A DNA stretch of 64,000 nucleotides from Macrostomum lignano (Eukaryota). The stretch is taken from contig NIVC01002255.1 in NCBI GenBank assembly GCA_002269645.1, forward strand, positions 125,510 to 189,509. The letters run 5' to 3'. The notes below the pieces were generated by a model. That model saw nothing but the letters and a program-made list of their open reading frames with translations, searched no databases and was not told where the DNA came from. The position numbers and the translations under genes were made by a program. Shown one piece after another: positions 21,001-34,101 of this stretch (positions are counted from its first letter, which is position 1; each line of letters begins with the position of its first letter).

Positions 21001-24000
21001 AAAGTAGTTCCAAAAAGTCCCAGCGTCACTATGAAGGACTTTCTAAAGCAAGCTGACGTGTTGCAAACGATACGAAAGCTGTGTAGAATTTCGTTTTGCT
21101 TCATTTTGCATTCGTCCTCTTGGAATAGGAACGACTCCAACCGGGTCAGAGAGGTGCACATTGGTCAATACACGGTTCCACCGGATGTTGACATCCCAAA
21201 TGCAGCCGCCATCTCTGTCGGACACATGCTGACTATCTACCTGAAGTTTTCAAAACACTTCAAGGCTGTGCCTCGCAGTAACGCGCCCAATCTTACTATA
21301 AAACGAGCATACACGTTCAATACTTTTGAGAGCTTCGAATTTACAAAGAGTTACGAATTGCTCATGTTCATAACAGCGTTCTCCATTGTGCCGATCACGT
21401 ACCTGAATGATCCCATTGAGGACAGGGACTGCGGTGTGCGTCAACAGCTGCGGTCGATGGGAATGCGGTCTCTGGCTTATTGGTTGAATAATTTTATCCT
21501 GCACTGGACTCACTACATGATCTATTTCTTACTGTCCGCAGCTGCCTGCATGGTGTGGGACCGGTACCAGAGTCAGTTCTTCTTTGTCAATGTGTGCCTA
21601 CCAGTGCTCATCTTCGGCACTGCCAGCTGTCTGCTGTCAGTCTACGTTGTCAGCGCGCTTATGAAAAAGTCCAACCCGGTTGTAATTGTCAGCTGCTTCT
21701 TTTTTGCTCTGTTTCTTGGCGTGGTTGCCAACATTGCTCAGAACAGTAGCACAGCTATGCTCATTCTGATCTGCTTCCTTCCGCAGTTCACGCCAGTGGC
21801 TTACATACTACTCAGTGTGAAATTAATGATCTACTCGTTGTACTTTCTCGAAGTGAAAAACCCCGACAACGTGCTGAATTTGGCTAACTTGCATCTTAGC
21901 AACAGTAATATCTTAGTCTCTTTGATTGCGATGCCTGTGCACTGTGTTCTTCTGGTACTACTACTGATATTGGCAGAGAATCCTGCTGGTATTAAACTTG
22001 CATTCAAAAAGCCTGACCTCGAGAAAGGTTCAGAACTGGAAAAAACAATAAAAGACACTGGCGTACCATTGGAAGCCGAGCGAATTAACAAGACGCCAAG
22101 GAATCCATTGAACATGCTCGAAGTCCGCGACCTTCAAAAGGTCTATCCGAACGGAGTGCACGCGGTGCGAGGCACCACCTTCGGCTCCTTCTCCGGCGAG
22201 ATTCTCGGCTTGCTGGGCCCCAACGGAGCCGGAAAGACCACCAGCATGTCCATCATTGTCGGCGAGGAGGCCAGCTCGAGCGGCACCAGCGAAGTGCACT
22301 TCGGCGGCACTTGGATGTCCGGGATAGACGGCGCCAGATGCGGCGCCATTGGCTACTGTCCGCAGCACAACCCGCTGTTCAACAGCGTCTCTGTGTTCGA
22401 GCACCTCCGCTTCTACGCGCAGATCCGCGGCATCCCGGACCAGCTGGGCAGCGCGCAGATCGCCGGACTCATCGAAGGTCTCGGACTGAAGCCGCACCAG
22501 CACAAGGCGGCCGAGCAGCTGTCCGGAGGAAACAAGCGGCGCCTCTGTCTGGCCATCGCGCTGCTCGGCAACCCGTCGCTAGTGGTGATCGACGAGGCCT
22601 CGACCGGAGTCGATCCGGAGAACAAGCGCTTCATCTGGGGCGCCATTCGAGGCATGGCGAACAAGCAACGCTCGGTGATGATCACCACGCACAGCATGGA
22701 GGAGGTCGAGGCGCTGTGCGCTCGCGTCGGCATCATGAACAAGGGCCTGATGATCGGGTTCGGCACCGTGCAACAGCTGCGCAGCCGGTGAGCATAACAC
22801 TTTTCAGTGTTTTCTGGTGCTTCCTAGTTCTAGACTTTAAAAAATACTAAAAAGGAATTCCTAATTTCCAAACGAAAAGCTTTATGAATATCAATAGAGC
22901 TACAAGAAAGGCAATACATATCAAAAAATGAACACTGGGTCTTCCTTCTTTTAAAAACAATAACAATGTTTTTGCTGAAACTAAAAAACGCCCATCTCCG
23001 AAGTGCATATTTCGGTTAAACCTGTCTCTTAAACCATCTCCGAAGTGCATATTTCGGTAAAACCTGTCTCCTAAACCATCTCCGAAGTGCATATTTCGGT
23101 AAAACCTGTCTCCCAAACCATCTCCGAAGTGCATTTTTCGGTAAAACCTGTCTCCCAAACCATCTCCGAAGTGCATATTTCGGTAAAACCTGTCTCCTAA
23201 ACCATCTCCGAAGTGCATATTTCGGTAAAACCTGTCTCCTAAACCATCTCCGAAGTGCATATTTCGGTAAAACCTGTCTCCTAAACCATCTCCGAAGTGC
23301 ATTTTTCGGTAAAACCTGTCTCCCAAACCATCTCCGAAGTGCATATTTCGGTAAAACCTGTCTCCCAAACCATCTCCGAAGTGCATTTTTCGGTAAAACC
23401 TGTCTCCCAAACCATCTCCGAAGTGCATATTTCGGTAAAACCTGTCTCCCAAACCATCTCCGAAGTGCATATTTCGGTAAAACCTGTCTCCTAAACCATC
23501 TCCGAAGTGCATATTTCGGTAAAACCTGTCTCCTAAACCATCTCCGAAGTGCATTTTTCGGTAAAACCTGTCTCCCAAACCATCTCCGAAGTGCATATTT
23601 CGGTAAAACCTGTCTCCCAAACCATCTCCGAAGTGCATATTTCGGCAAAACCTGTCTCCCAAACCATCTTTGAAGTGCATTTTTCGGTAAAACCTGTCTC
23701 CCAAACCATCTCCGAAGTGCATTTTTCGGTAAAACCTGTCTCCCAAACCATCTCCGAAGTGCATTTTTCGGTAAAACCTGTCTCCCAAACCATCTCCGAA
23801 GTGCATTTTTCGGTAAAACCTGTCTCCCAAACCATCTTTGAAGTGAATTTTTTCGGTAAAACCTGTCTCCCAAAAATTTTCAAGAAACGTATCTTCTCAT
23901 CGATTTTTTTCTCGCCGAGGTTTGCCTGCAATGCTTTTTTTCCTGCAGCGCATTTTAGCCATTCGGCAGATTATATATCTGCATTGCCTCCTCAATGCTT

Positions 24001-24642
24001 AGCAAATCTTAATTATGAGATTTACCCGATCAAAACGTTTGGATAGTAACTGCATATCAAATTTAATTTTTTCTTGTAGGTATTCAGTTTTATATACATG
24101 CTGAATACATGCTGGTACATCGGTGAGCTTTTGATTCATGCGTACGCCGTGTCGCTTTGTTTCCCAAATCTCTTTTTTAAAGACTTTATAAAGGGCAAAC
24201 CTCGGCGGGAATAGCTCGGCGGACAATTCTCGTGCTCCCAAACGTCGGCCTTCTACTTGAGTAGTCTTTGAGCATTAACTGTAGCTTGTCTTGCAATCTG
24301 ACTAACAACCCAGTCATTATACTAACCCACCGTTCTATTCAGGCACGGGGAAGCCTACACCCTCGACGTGCTCATGCAAGCCAAGACTGCTTCAAAGTTG
24401 GCCGTGAAAAAGCGGAAGCTGACCAAAATGATTCTGAAACAATTCAAAGGCGCCGTCGTTATGGAGGATCTGCTGCGGTGCATGCAGTTTGTCATACCGA
24501 GATCGGCTGTAAAAATCTTTTCAGAAGCAATTCGGCTGCTACTATTAAAGAAGAAAAAATGGGAATTCGAACGTTTTGTCTTTATCAGATGTCGCTGGAC
24601 CAGGTGTTTGTGAAGCTGGTTAAAGAGCACGATGATACTTAA
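18034..24642 (+). CDS. ABCA-subfamily full transporter, copy 1 (type P); exons 18034-19572, 19664-22787, 24343-24642; two 1-bp frame disruptions (~18420, ~24558)
   Basis: TMD-NBD-TMD-NBD layout. Walker A GHNGAGKT and GPNGAGKT, signatures LSGG, Walker B VILDEP and VVIDEA, ABCA-type C-terminal QMSLDQVF. GT-AG junctions keep the frame. The exon sum is 4963 nt, 2 short of the 4965 nt of copies 2 and 3. Confidence 0.85.
22992..23872. repeat. 42-bp satellite (~21 copies) in intron 2 of ABCA copy 1
   Basis: Unit CCATCTCCGAAGTGCAT(A/T)TTTCGGTAAAACCTGTCTCC(C/T)AAA; produces the 14-aa repeat ORFs. Confidence 0.97.
23890..24239. mobile_element. Right portion of a MITE of the same family as 16821-17367
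   Basis: Shares TTTTTT(C/T)(C/T)CGCCGAGG...CAATGC...TTTCCTGCAGCGCAT and ends in ATTCTCGTGCTCCC, the reverse complement of the left TIR at 16821. A duplicate lies at ~31925-32273. Confidence 0.75.
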
Positions 24643-24884
24643 AAAGGTTCAATTCTTATCTAGCCTTAAACTTTACTTTTTTTTAAGTAATATTTTACCG
24701 ACGTAACGTATTCAAACTTGCGCATTCTTAAATAACAATATACGCGCCTAATATATATACCACATAATTACTATGAAAATACAAACAATTCACAAATATT
24801 TAAATGAAAAAATAATCAACATAAATGAAAATAACTATATTCAGTTTGTTTGGTGTCGTTTGGTCTTTTCTCGATGGATTTTGC

Positions 24885-25080
24885 TCTATTGAGTATAAAA
24901 AAGAACGAGAAGTTGTTCTAGCTCGTAAAAAACCTCAATGTTCACATTCGTGTTGTTTTTCGCACCGAAAAGATTGCGCGGTTTTTGAGCAATCTGAAAT
25001 CTAGTGGGCCTCGACCTCTCGCTGCAGGTGTTGTTTACAAATTTAGTTGTTTCGATGACCAGAGAATTTCCTACATAGAA
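24885..25080 (+). mobile_element. Penelope-like retroelement fragment (GIY-YIG endonuclease N-terminal region)
   Basis: Translates as VHIRVVFRTEKIARFLSNLKSSGPRPLAAGVVYKFSCFDDQRISYI, matching the PLE pattern V.F....L...LS..K......GVVY.F.C....YIG. A duplicate lies at ~32920-33115. Confidence 0.6.
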
Positions 25081-25828
25081 TCAGCTATAGAATTTACTGT
25101 GCACTCTCAAAGATGGCGATTTCTTAATGTTGTTCAGTATAGTTCTTTCCTTTTATGTTTATTATTGCTTTCATTTATTTGCTCTTCGTCAAGCGAGCTT
25201 TACAGGCATCCTGACTCAACGCCCTCAGCGACAACGCCCCATAACCAGTTGTTGTTGGAGGCAGGGGCTTTGTGCACCTGGCAAACTTTAAGCGACATGT
25301 CACACAAGCGGTGAGAGGCATCACTGCCCATTGTCGGCTGATTTTCCATGCAAGAATGGCATTCTTGCACTCTTTTGCGTGCAGGAATGGATGTCTATGG
25401 TAAAATCTCACTGAAAAAGCATTAGGCGCAGAAATGCATTCCTGCACGGTTTTGTGCATTCCTGCACGATGAATCATCCGACAATGGAATTCCTTCACGT
25501 TCACTCGTGCGTGAAGGACATCGTGCACTCGTGACCGTGCAGGAATATATCATTCCGCCGATTCCCCTGAGCAGGCACACAAGCGCGCGGATACGTACGC
25601 AGTCATATGCACAGGCACACACTCACACAGGAGTGTACAGCAGCCCCAACTTTATTTATAGTTAGGCATGTACACTTCACTTTATTTATCGTTAACCGAT
25701 AACGATGTACGTAATTTTCATCGGCGGTATGCGGCGGTGTTCAATAATTGTTTATTTAGGTGAAAAAATCCGTCCCAGCATTAAAAAGCGGACTATGGAT
25801 GCAACGAATTCAAGTTATCAAGTAGAAG

Positions 25829-25873
25829 CCAAGGACAACTTGATAACTTGACAAGTTATCAAGTTGTCCTTGG
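25829..25873. repeat. Perfect 22-bp-arm palindrome with 1-nt spacer, ~190 bp upstream of the ABCA copy 2 ATG
   Basis: CCAAGGACAACTTGATAACTTG-A-CAAGTTATCAAGTTGTCCTTGG; duplicate at 33864-33908. Confidence 0.95.
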
Positions 25874-26066
25874 TAGAAGCAATAAATTTAGTTCGGCCAT
25901 AGACAATATTTTTGAATTATGACCGCAGAAAAGTAAAACTATAAAGTGCCTAATAGAAAAATTTAAAAGCCGTCTAAAGTAATTTAGCTAGCTTAAAGCC
26001 TAGCTATTAAACCGCGACTATATCTCCTGAGCAGTTATTGTGTACTAACAGCAGCTCAGCGTCTTC

Positions 26067-29000
26067 ATGGCGGAAGGACAGTCTGGCGCATTCGGAACTC
26101 AGTTCGCGTACCTGCTGTTTCTAGTACTGCGCCTCAAGTCCTGGAAGTTCCTGCTCTGGATACTGCTAGGACCCAGTCTGTTCTTCAACTTCTTTCTGTA
26201 CAGGAACATCGAGGACAAGGAGGAGGGCGGCGTAAAGTCGAACGGCCTTACTGAACTGAAAATGTCGGTGGCCATGGCTCACGGAGCTCTAGTGCCTACC
26301 AGCAGTCGCGAGAAGAAGTCCCTGATTGAAATAATGCAGCTGAGAAAAGCGAAGAGCCGGTCTTGGTTTAAAGACTGCAAAGACATCAACGACTGTCGAA
26401 TCCAACTGGCAAAGGCTGTCTCCGCAAAGAGTAGTGAAAAAACCTCCATTTTTATTTACGGAAAGAATAAAACGATCCGGCTTTATTGCCTCAAGGACAA
26501 AAATGCTGAGATTCTGTGCCCGTTCCTCTATCACGCAATGTCGCAATCGCTTGAGTCCTACGAATACGCCAGGGCAAAGAGTTCAAAAGCGCAAACCGCT
26601 CTGTATAAGGATATAATGTTTGCTAAATTTTTCGACAAGTTTGGATCCTCGAGCGACGGTGTCGGTTTAAATATTTCTAAACCAGATTCCATGTGCACTC
26701 GAACAAGCAAGTCTGGTACGTTTTTTATCAAATTTATAATGTACTTCATGGGTCACATGATCATCGTGCTGGCATCCTTCATTTTGTACACGACCGTCGG
26801 GTCTCTGTCTAGCATGAGCAATCTAAAAGAGAATGGCTTTCTGCAGCTGGTATTCAACAATGGCCTGTCCGTAACAGTGTATTGGTTAGTGTACTGGACC
26901 ATTGGAGCCATCGAGGCGCTGATTCCAGCCACATTGTTAGTCATGTCCTACTCATTTCAATGCCCCGGCTATTATGAATCGTCCGGATTAACAAACTTCT
27001 TCATCACGGTGGCTGCCATGTTCTTTTTTCTGACTGCTCTCGGCTATTTATTTGCGACGCTTATTGCATCATTTTTTATCGTACTACTGCTCATGATTGT
27101 CATCCAGATCGTCTGCTGTGGAGTGATCATAATGGCCAAACTTTGGATTTTCCAAAAGAAGCCGCTGAGCACAATTAACACTTTTCTAGCATTTCCTCCT
27201 GGTTGCATCGTAGAGTATGGCACAAAATATTTACTACCAAAAGAGGCCCCCTTTCACAAGTATTTCAAGCCGTACGGAAGCTTTTTTGACAGCGTTCAAA
27301 TCAATATGATCGTATTCGCAATTCTTATTATAATAACTACTATATACCTGGACTTCGTAGTAAAGAATGGGAACGGACTGTGTCTGCCTTTCATGTATCC
27401 GTTCAATCCGAGCTTCTGGAATCCTCATCGGCAGAAGCTCATCGAGATGGTTGACGAGCAGCCCAAGCGGGCCAACGTTGAGCCCACAGTCGGCGTTCCG
27501 GCGGTCATTGCCGATGACATTCACCTGACTTATCCGTCCGGCTGCTGCGAAGCAAAGAAGCCTCCAGTTCTGAAGGGCATCACATGTGAGTGTCCTTGCA
27601 TGAGTTAGCTGCTGCTTTTCACATCCAACTGGGGGTAAAAGCAACAAAGGACCTTTGAAACGCATTTGCACTCCAGGCACCGTCTACCAGGGACAGATCA
27701 CTGCACTGATCGGACACAACGGAGCGGGAAAGACTACGCTTATTCGAGTGCTCATGGGCGAGGAGATTCCCAGCCGCGGCGTCGCCGTCATCAACGGCCA
27801 CCGAGTGACGGATCCGTACCAGCGACTCGCGCTCAGAGGCAGCGTCAGCATCTGCAAACAGGTCGACGTGCTCAGCAACTACCTCACCGTGATGGAGAGC
27901 ATGAAGCTGACTCTCGTAGCCAAGGGTTTCAGTCCGGATAGCCAAGTTGCAAAGGTGCTCGACATGATGAAGAGGCTGGGACTCGCCGGCAAGGAGAACG
28001 TGCAGGCCATGGACTTGAGCGGAGGTCAAATGCGAAAGGTGTGCAGCATAATTTGCCTGTTGGGGAACCCGAAGCTCGTGATCCTGGACGAGCCAACGAG
28101 CGGTCTGGACCCGGTGTCGAGACGAAATCTGTGGCAGATCCTCCAAGATCACAAGGCCGGTAGATCCATTATCCTGTGCACGCAGTTCATGGACGAGGCA
28201 GACATTCTGGCAGATCGCAAGGTATTTCTGTCGGCTGGAAAGATTATATGTGCCGGCTCGTCCATGTTTCTCAAGCATGCATTCGGCTGCTGTGTGTCTA
28301 TCAACGTGACTCTTAAACATGAAAAAGACGCTACCAAGGTTGTAAAAATGCTCAAGAAAGTAAAGCTAGTTGGTAGTTATCAAACTGAGCTGCAGCTTCA
28401 AGTTTCGGCGGGTAAGCCGCAGGCACTCGCCGATGCAATTTACACTTTGGAGCAGCACCCGGAACTTGTCGATGCTTTCGGAGTGTCGCAAGCGCAGCTG
28501 GACGACATTTTTATGCGTCTAAAATTCATCGACTTGGATAACATCGAGGCGTCGTTTAAGTCGAAGCAGCTAAGGAAGCTGGGAAGATCGGGAGGCGGCG
28601 GCAGCGCTGGAGTCGAGCGAGTGAACTTCAGCTCGCTGTACAATTTCGAAAGTACCAAACCGCTGAATGCCACTTTTGCGAATCAGTTTTTGGCCCTGAT
28701 TCGAATGAACTTCAGCCGACAACTCAAAGCAAAAATGACATTTTGCTTTCGAATTATATTTCCTCTAATAATGATTGGGATTATTGGCCAAATGTGCTAC
28801 TTGGAAAACAAGGACAAAGAAAAGAAGCCAGGCAAAGACAAAGACAAAGAGCAAAACGCTGCAGAACAACCTTCCGTCGCAATCATTAATATGAACTCGA
28901 GCGACATGCGGAACTCCTTGGCTATATCTCGGGGAGTCTGTATCGCGGACAAGGAGTCTGGTGTGACAAATACGACTCTGACAAGGTTGTGTGGTATGGC

Positions 29001-32000
29001 ATTGAATACGCGGTATCTTGAGGTGGCAATCAAGGATATGAAGACCAGCGTTGGCAAGTTCGTTCAGACGCCGGAAGTAAAAAAGAAGTTTCGCAAAATC
29101 TGCCCAAAGTCGTCGAAAAATTTTGTTATTAATTGTTTTTTCGTTTATTCTACCGACTGGAACAGTCACTCGAATAACTCGAGACGGCTGCTCTACCACG
29201 GTGTTTATGAGAACCCAGTCGATGAAGAGGATGAAAGCGCTAGAGAAAAGGGAGTTTTTGCTGCTATGCAGTATTACGACTTTGCAGCTGAGTACTTTGA
29301 GGCTAATGCCAAATCAAAATCCAGAAACTTCACCTTGGCGAGCGTCTATTTAGCTGAGACAATCGACTCTTTTAAGTTTGAAAAGTGCCAAGAGCTGTTT
29401 ATGCTGCTGGCCGCTTTCGCGTTGGTGCCAGTAACGTATCTGAATGACCCGATCGAGGACAAGGACAGCGGCGTTCGTCAGCATCTAGCGTCCATGGGAA
29501 TGAGCAGTATCGCCTACTGGTTTACCACTTTTGTGATGCACTGGTTGCACTATATACTTTGCTTCTTTTCCATGGCCTTGACTTGTCTGATGGTAGAAAA
29601 GTATCAAAGTGCCTACTTCCTTGTGTACATGGTGCTGCCACTGACATTCTTGGGTACATCGTGTAGTCAACTAACAGTTTACGTTGTCAGCGCAATGATG
29701 AAGAAGACGAACGCAATTGTTTTGGTTCTTTACTTTTTCTTTGCCATGTTTTTAGGCATGGCGGGCAGCTACTTTCAAGACAATGAATCGGTTCTGTATG
29801 CCATGATGATAATAATACCGCCCTTCCCGCCGCTGCTTGTGATGCTGATGGGTACAAAGATGCTGCTCTACACAATACTGCTATTTGAAACATCAAACCC
29901 GGCCGACGTGCCTAATATTAGAGACGTATTATTTGCCAACTCGCACGTGGTCTACTCTTTTATTGTGATGCCCATACACATTGCGATTTTAATTGGCCTC
30001 ATTTTCATAATTGAAAACCCGGGAGCTCTTGCCAGTTTGTTTGCAAAGAATATCGAAGCATCAAAACAAACGCCAAAACCGCTGAAAGACGAAGGAGTTG
30101 GAATTGAAGCCAACAGGATCAGAAAGACGACGAGGAGCTCGGTGAACATGCTCGAAGTCCGCGATCTTCAAAAGGTCTATCCGAACGGAGTGCACGCGGT
30201 GCGAGGCACCACCTTCGGCTCCTTCTCCGGCGAGATTCTCGGCTTGCTGGGCCCCAACGGAGCCGGAAAGACCACCAGCATGTCCATCATTGTCGGCGAG
30301 GAGGCCAGCTCGAGCGGCACCAGCGAAGTGCACTTCGGCGGCACTTGGATGTCCGGGATAGACGGCGCCAGATGCGGCGCTATTGGCTACTGTCCGCAGC
30401 ACAACCCGCTGTTCAACAGCATCTCTGTGTTCGAGCACCTCCGCTTCTACGCGCAGATCCGCGGCATCCCGGACCAGCTGGGCAGCGCGCAGATCGCCGG
30501 ACTCATCGAAGGTCTCGGACTGAAGCCGCACCAGCACAAGGCGGCCGAGCAGCTGTCCGGAGGCAACAAGCGGCGCCTCTGTCTGGCCATCGCGCTGCTC
30601 GGCAACCCGTCGCTAGTGGTGATCGACGAGGCCTCGACCGGAGTCGATCCGGAGAACAAGCGCTTCATCTGGGGCGCCATTCGAGGCATGGCGAACAAGC
30701 AACGCTCGGTGATGATCACCACGCACAGCATGGAGGAGGTCGAGGCGCTGTGCGCTCGCGTCGGCATCATGAACAAGGGCCTGATGATCGGGTTCGGCAC
30801 CGTGCAACAGCTGCGCAGCCGGTGAGCATAACACTTTTCAGTGTTTTCTGGTGCTTCCTAGTTCTAGACTTTAAAAAATACTAAAAAGGAATTCCTAATT
30901 TCCAAACGAAAAGCTTTATGAATATCAATAGAGCTACAAGAAAGGCAATACATATCAAAAAATGAACACTGGGTCTTCCTTCTTTTAAAAACAATAACAA
31001 TGTTTTTGCTGAAACTAAAAAACGCCCATCTCCGAAGTGCATATTTCGGTTAAACCTGTCTCTTAAACCATCTCCGAAGTGCATATTTCGGTAAAACCTG
31101 TCTCCTAAACCATCTCCGAAGTGCATATTTCGGTAAAACCTGTCTCCCAAACCATCTCCGAAGTGCATTTTTCGGTAAAACCTGTCTCCCAAACCATCTC
31201 CGAAGTGCATATTTCGGTAAAACCTGTCTCCTAAACCATCTCCGAAGTGCATATTTCGGTAAAACCTGTCTCCTAAACCATCTCCGAAGTGCATATTTCG
31301 GTAAAACCTGTCTCCTAAACCATCTCCGAAGTGCATTTTTCGGTAAAACCTGTCTCCCAAACCATCTCCGAAGTGCATATTTCGGTAAAACCTGTCTCCC
31401 AAACCATCTCCGAAGTGCATTTTTCGGTAAAACCTGTCTCCCAAACCATCTCCGAAGTGCATATTTCGGTAAAACCTGTCTCCCAAACCATCTCCGAAGT
31501 GCATATTTCGGTAAAACCTGTCTCCTAAACCATCTCCGAAGTGCATATTTCGGTAAAACCTGTCTCCTAAACCATCTCCGAAGTGCATTTTTCGGTAAAA
31601 CCTGTCTCCCAAACCATCTCCGAAGTGCATATTTCGGTAAAACCTGTCTCCCAAACCATCTCCGAAGTGCATATTTCGGCAAAACCTGTCTCCCAAACCA
31701 TCTTTGAAGTGCATTTTTCGGTAAAACCTGTCTCCCAAACCATCTCCGAAGTGCATTTTTCGGTAAAACCTGTCTCCCAAACCATCTCCGAAGTGCATTT
31801 TTCGGTAAAACCTGTCTCCCAAACCATCTCCGAAGTGCATTTTTCGGTAAAACCTGTCTCCCAAACCATCTTTGAAGTGAATTTTTTCGGTAAAACTTGT
31901 CTCCCAAAAATTTTCAAGAAACGTATCTTCTCATCGATTTTTTTCTCGCCGAGGTTTGCCTGCAATGCTTTTTTTCCTGCAGCGCATTTTAGCCATTCGG

Positions 32001-32677
32001 CAGATTATATATCTGCATTGCCTCCTCAATGCTTAGCAAATCTTAATTATGAGATTTACCCGATCAAAACGTTTGGATAGTAACTGCATATCAAATTTAA
32101 TTTTTTCTTGTAGGTATTCAGTTTTATATACATGCTGAATACATGCTGGTACATCGGTGAGCTTTTGATTCATGCGTACGCCGTGTCGCTTTGTTTCCCA
32201 AATCTCTTTTTTAAAGACTTTATAAAGGGCAAACCTCGGCGGGAATAGCTCGGCGGACAATTCTCGTGCTCCCAAACGTCGGCCTTCTACTTGAGTAGTC
32301 TTTGAGCATTAACTGTAGCTTGTCTTGCAATCTGACTAACAACCCAGTCATTATACTAACCCACCGTTCTATTCAGGCACGGGGAAGCCTACACCCTCGA
32401 CGTGCTCATGCAAGCCAAGACTGCTTCAAAGTTGGCCGTGAAAAAGCGGAAGCTGACCAAAATGATTCTGAAACAATTCAAAGGCGCCGTCGTTATGGAG
32501 GATCTGCTGCGGTGCATGCAGTTTGTCATACCGAGATCGGCTGTAAAAATCTTTTCAGAAGCAATTCGGCTGCTACTATTAAAGAAGAAAAAGATGGGAA
32601 TTCGAACGTTTTGTCTTTATCAGATGTCGCTGGACCAGGTGTTTGTGAAGCTGGTTAAAGAGCACGATGATACTTAA
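26067..32677 (+). CDS. ABCA transporter, copy 2 (chimera: Q-type body with P-type last intron and exon); exons 26067-27585, 27677-30821, 32377-32677; 1654 aa
   Basis: Exon sum 4965 nt, in frame. Donor GTGAGT/GTGAGC and acceptor CAG; CTAAC branch motifs before exon 3; all NBD motifs present. Confidence 0.9.
31026..31906. repeat. 42-bp satellite (~21 copies) in intron 2 of ABCA copy 2
   Basis: Same variant order as 22992-23872 (the 327-aa repeat ORFs are identical). Confidence 0.97.
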
Positions 32678-34101
32678 AAAGGTTCAATTCTTATCTAGCC
32701 TTAAACTTTACTTTTTTTTAAGTAATATTTTACCGACGTAACGTATTCAAACTTGCGCATTCTTAAATAACAATATACGCGCCTAATATATATACCACAT
32801 AATTACTATGAAAATACAAACAATTCACAAATATTTAAATGAAAAAATAATCAACATAAATGAAAATAACTATATTCAGTTTGTTTGGTGTCGTTTGGTC
32901 TTTTCTCGATGGATTTTGCTCTATTGAGTATAAAAAAGAACGAGAAGTTGTTCTAGCTCGTAAAAAACCTCAATGTTCACATTCGTGTTGTTTTTCGCAC
33001 CGAAAAGATTGCGCGGTTTTTGAGCAATCTGAAATCTAGTGGGCCTCGACCTCTCGCTGCAGGTGTTGTTTACAAATTTAGTTGTTTCGATGACCAGAGA
33101 ATTTCCTACATAGAATCAGCTATAGAATTTACTGTGCACTCTCAAAGATGGCGATTTCTTAATGTTGTTCAGTATAGTTCTTTCCTTTTATGTTTATTAT
33201 TGCTTTCATTTATTTGCTCTTCGTCAAGCGAGCTTTACAGGCATCCTGACTCAACGCCCTCAGCGACAACGCCCCATAACCAGTTGTTGTTGGAGGCAGG
33301 GGCTTTGTGCACCTGGCAAACTTTAAGCGACATGTCACACAAGCGGTGAGAGGCATCACTGCCCATTGTCGGCTGATTTTCCATGCAAGAATGGCATTCT
33401 TGCACTCTTTTGCGTGCAGGAATGGATGTCTATGGTAAAATCTCACTGAAAAAGCATTAGGCGCAGAAATGCATTCCTGCACGGTTTTGTGCATTCCTGC
33501 ACGATGAATCATCCGACAATGGAATTCCTTCACGTTCACTCGTGCGTGAAGGACATCGTGCACTCGTGACCGTGCAGGAATATATCATTCCGCCGATTCC
33601 CCTGAGCAGGCACACAAGCGCGCGGATACGTACGCAGTCATATGCACAGGCACACACTCACACAGGAGTGTACAGCAGCCCCAACTTTATTTATAGTTAG
33701 GCATGTACACTTCACTTTATTTATCGTTAACCGATAACGATGTACGTAATTTTCATCGGCGGTATGCGGCGGTGTTCAATAATTGTTTATTTAGGTGAAA
33801 AAATCCGTCCCAGCATTAAAAAGCGGACTATGGATGCAACGAATTCAAGTTATCAAGTAGAAGCCAAGGACAACTTGATAACTTGACAAGTTATCAAGTT
33901 GTCCTTGGTAGAAGCAATAAATTTAGTTCGGCCATAGACAATATTTTTGAATTATGACCGCAGAAAAGTAAAACTATAAAGTGCCTAATAGAAAAATTTA
34001 AAAGCCGTCTAAAGTAATTTAGCTAGCTTAAAGCCTAGCTATTAAACCGCGACTATATCTCCTGAGCAGTTATTGTGTACTAACAGCAGCTCAGCGTCTT
34101 C

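Noticed and set aside
22847-24046. 14-aa repeat proteins (MGDRFYRKMHFGDG etc.)
   Set aside because: Translation of the intronic 42-bp satellite in multiple frames.
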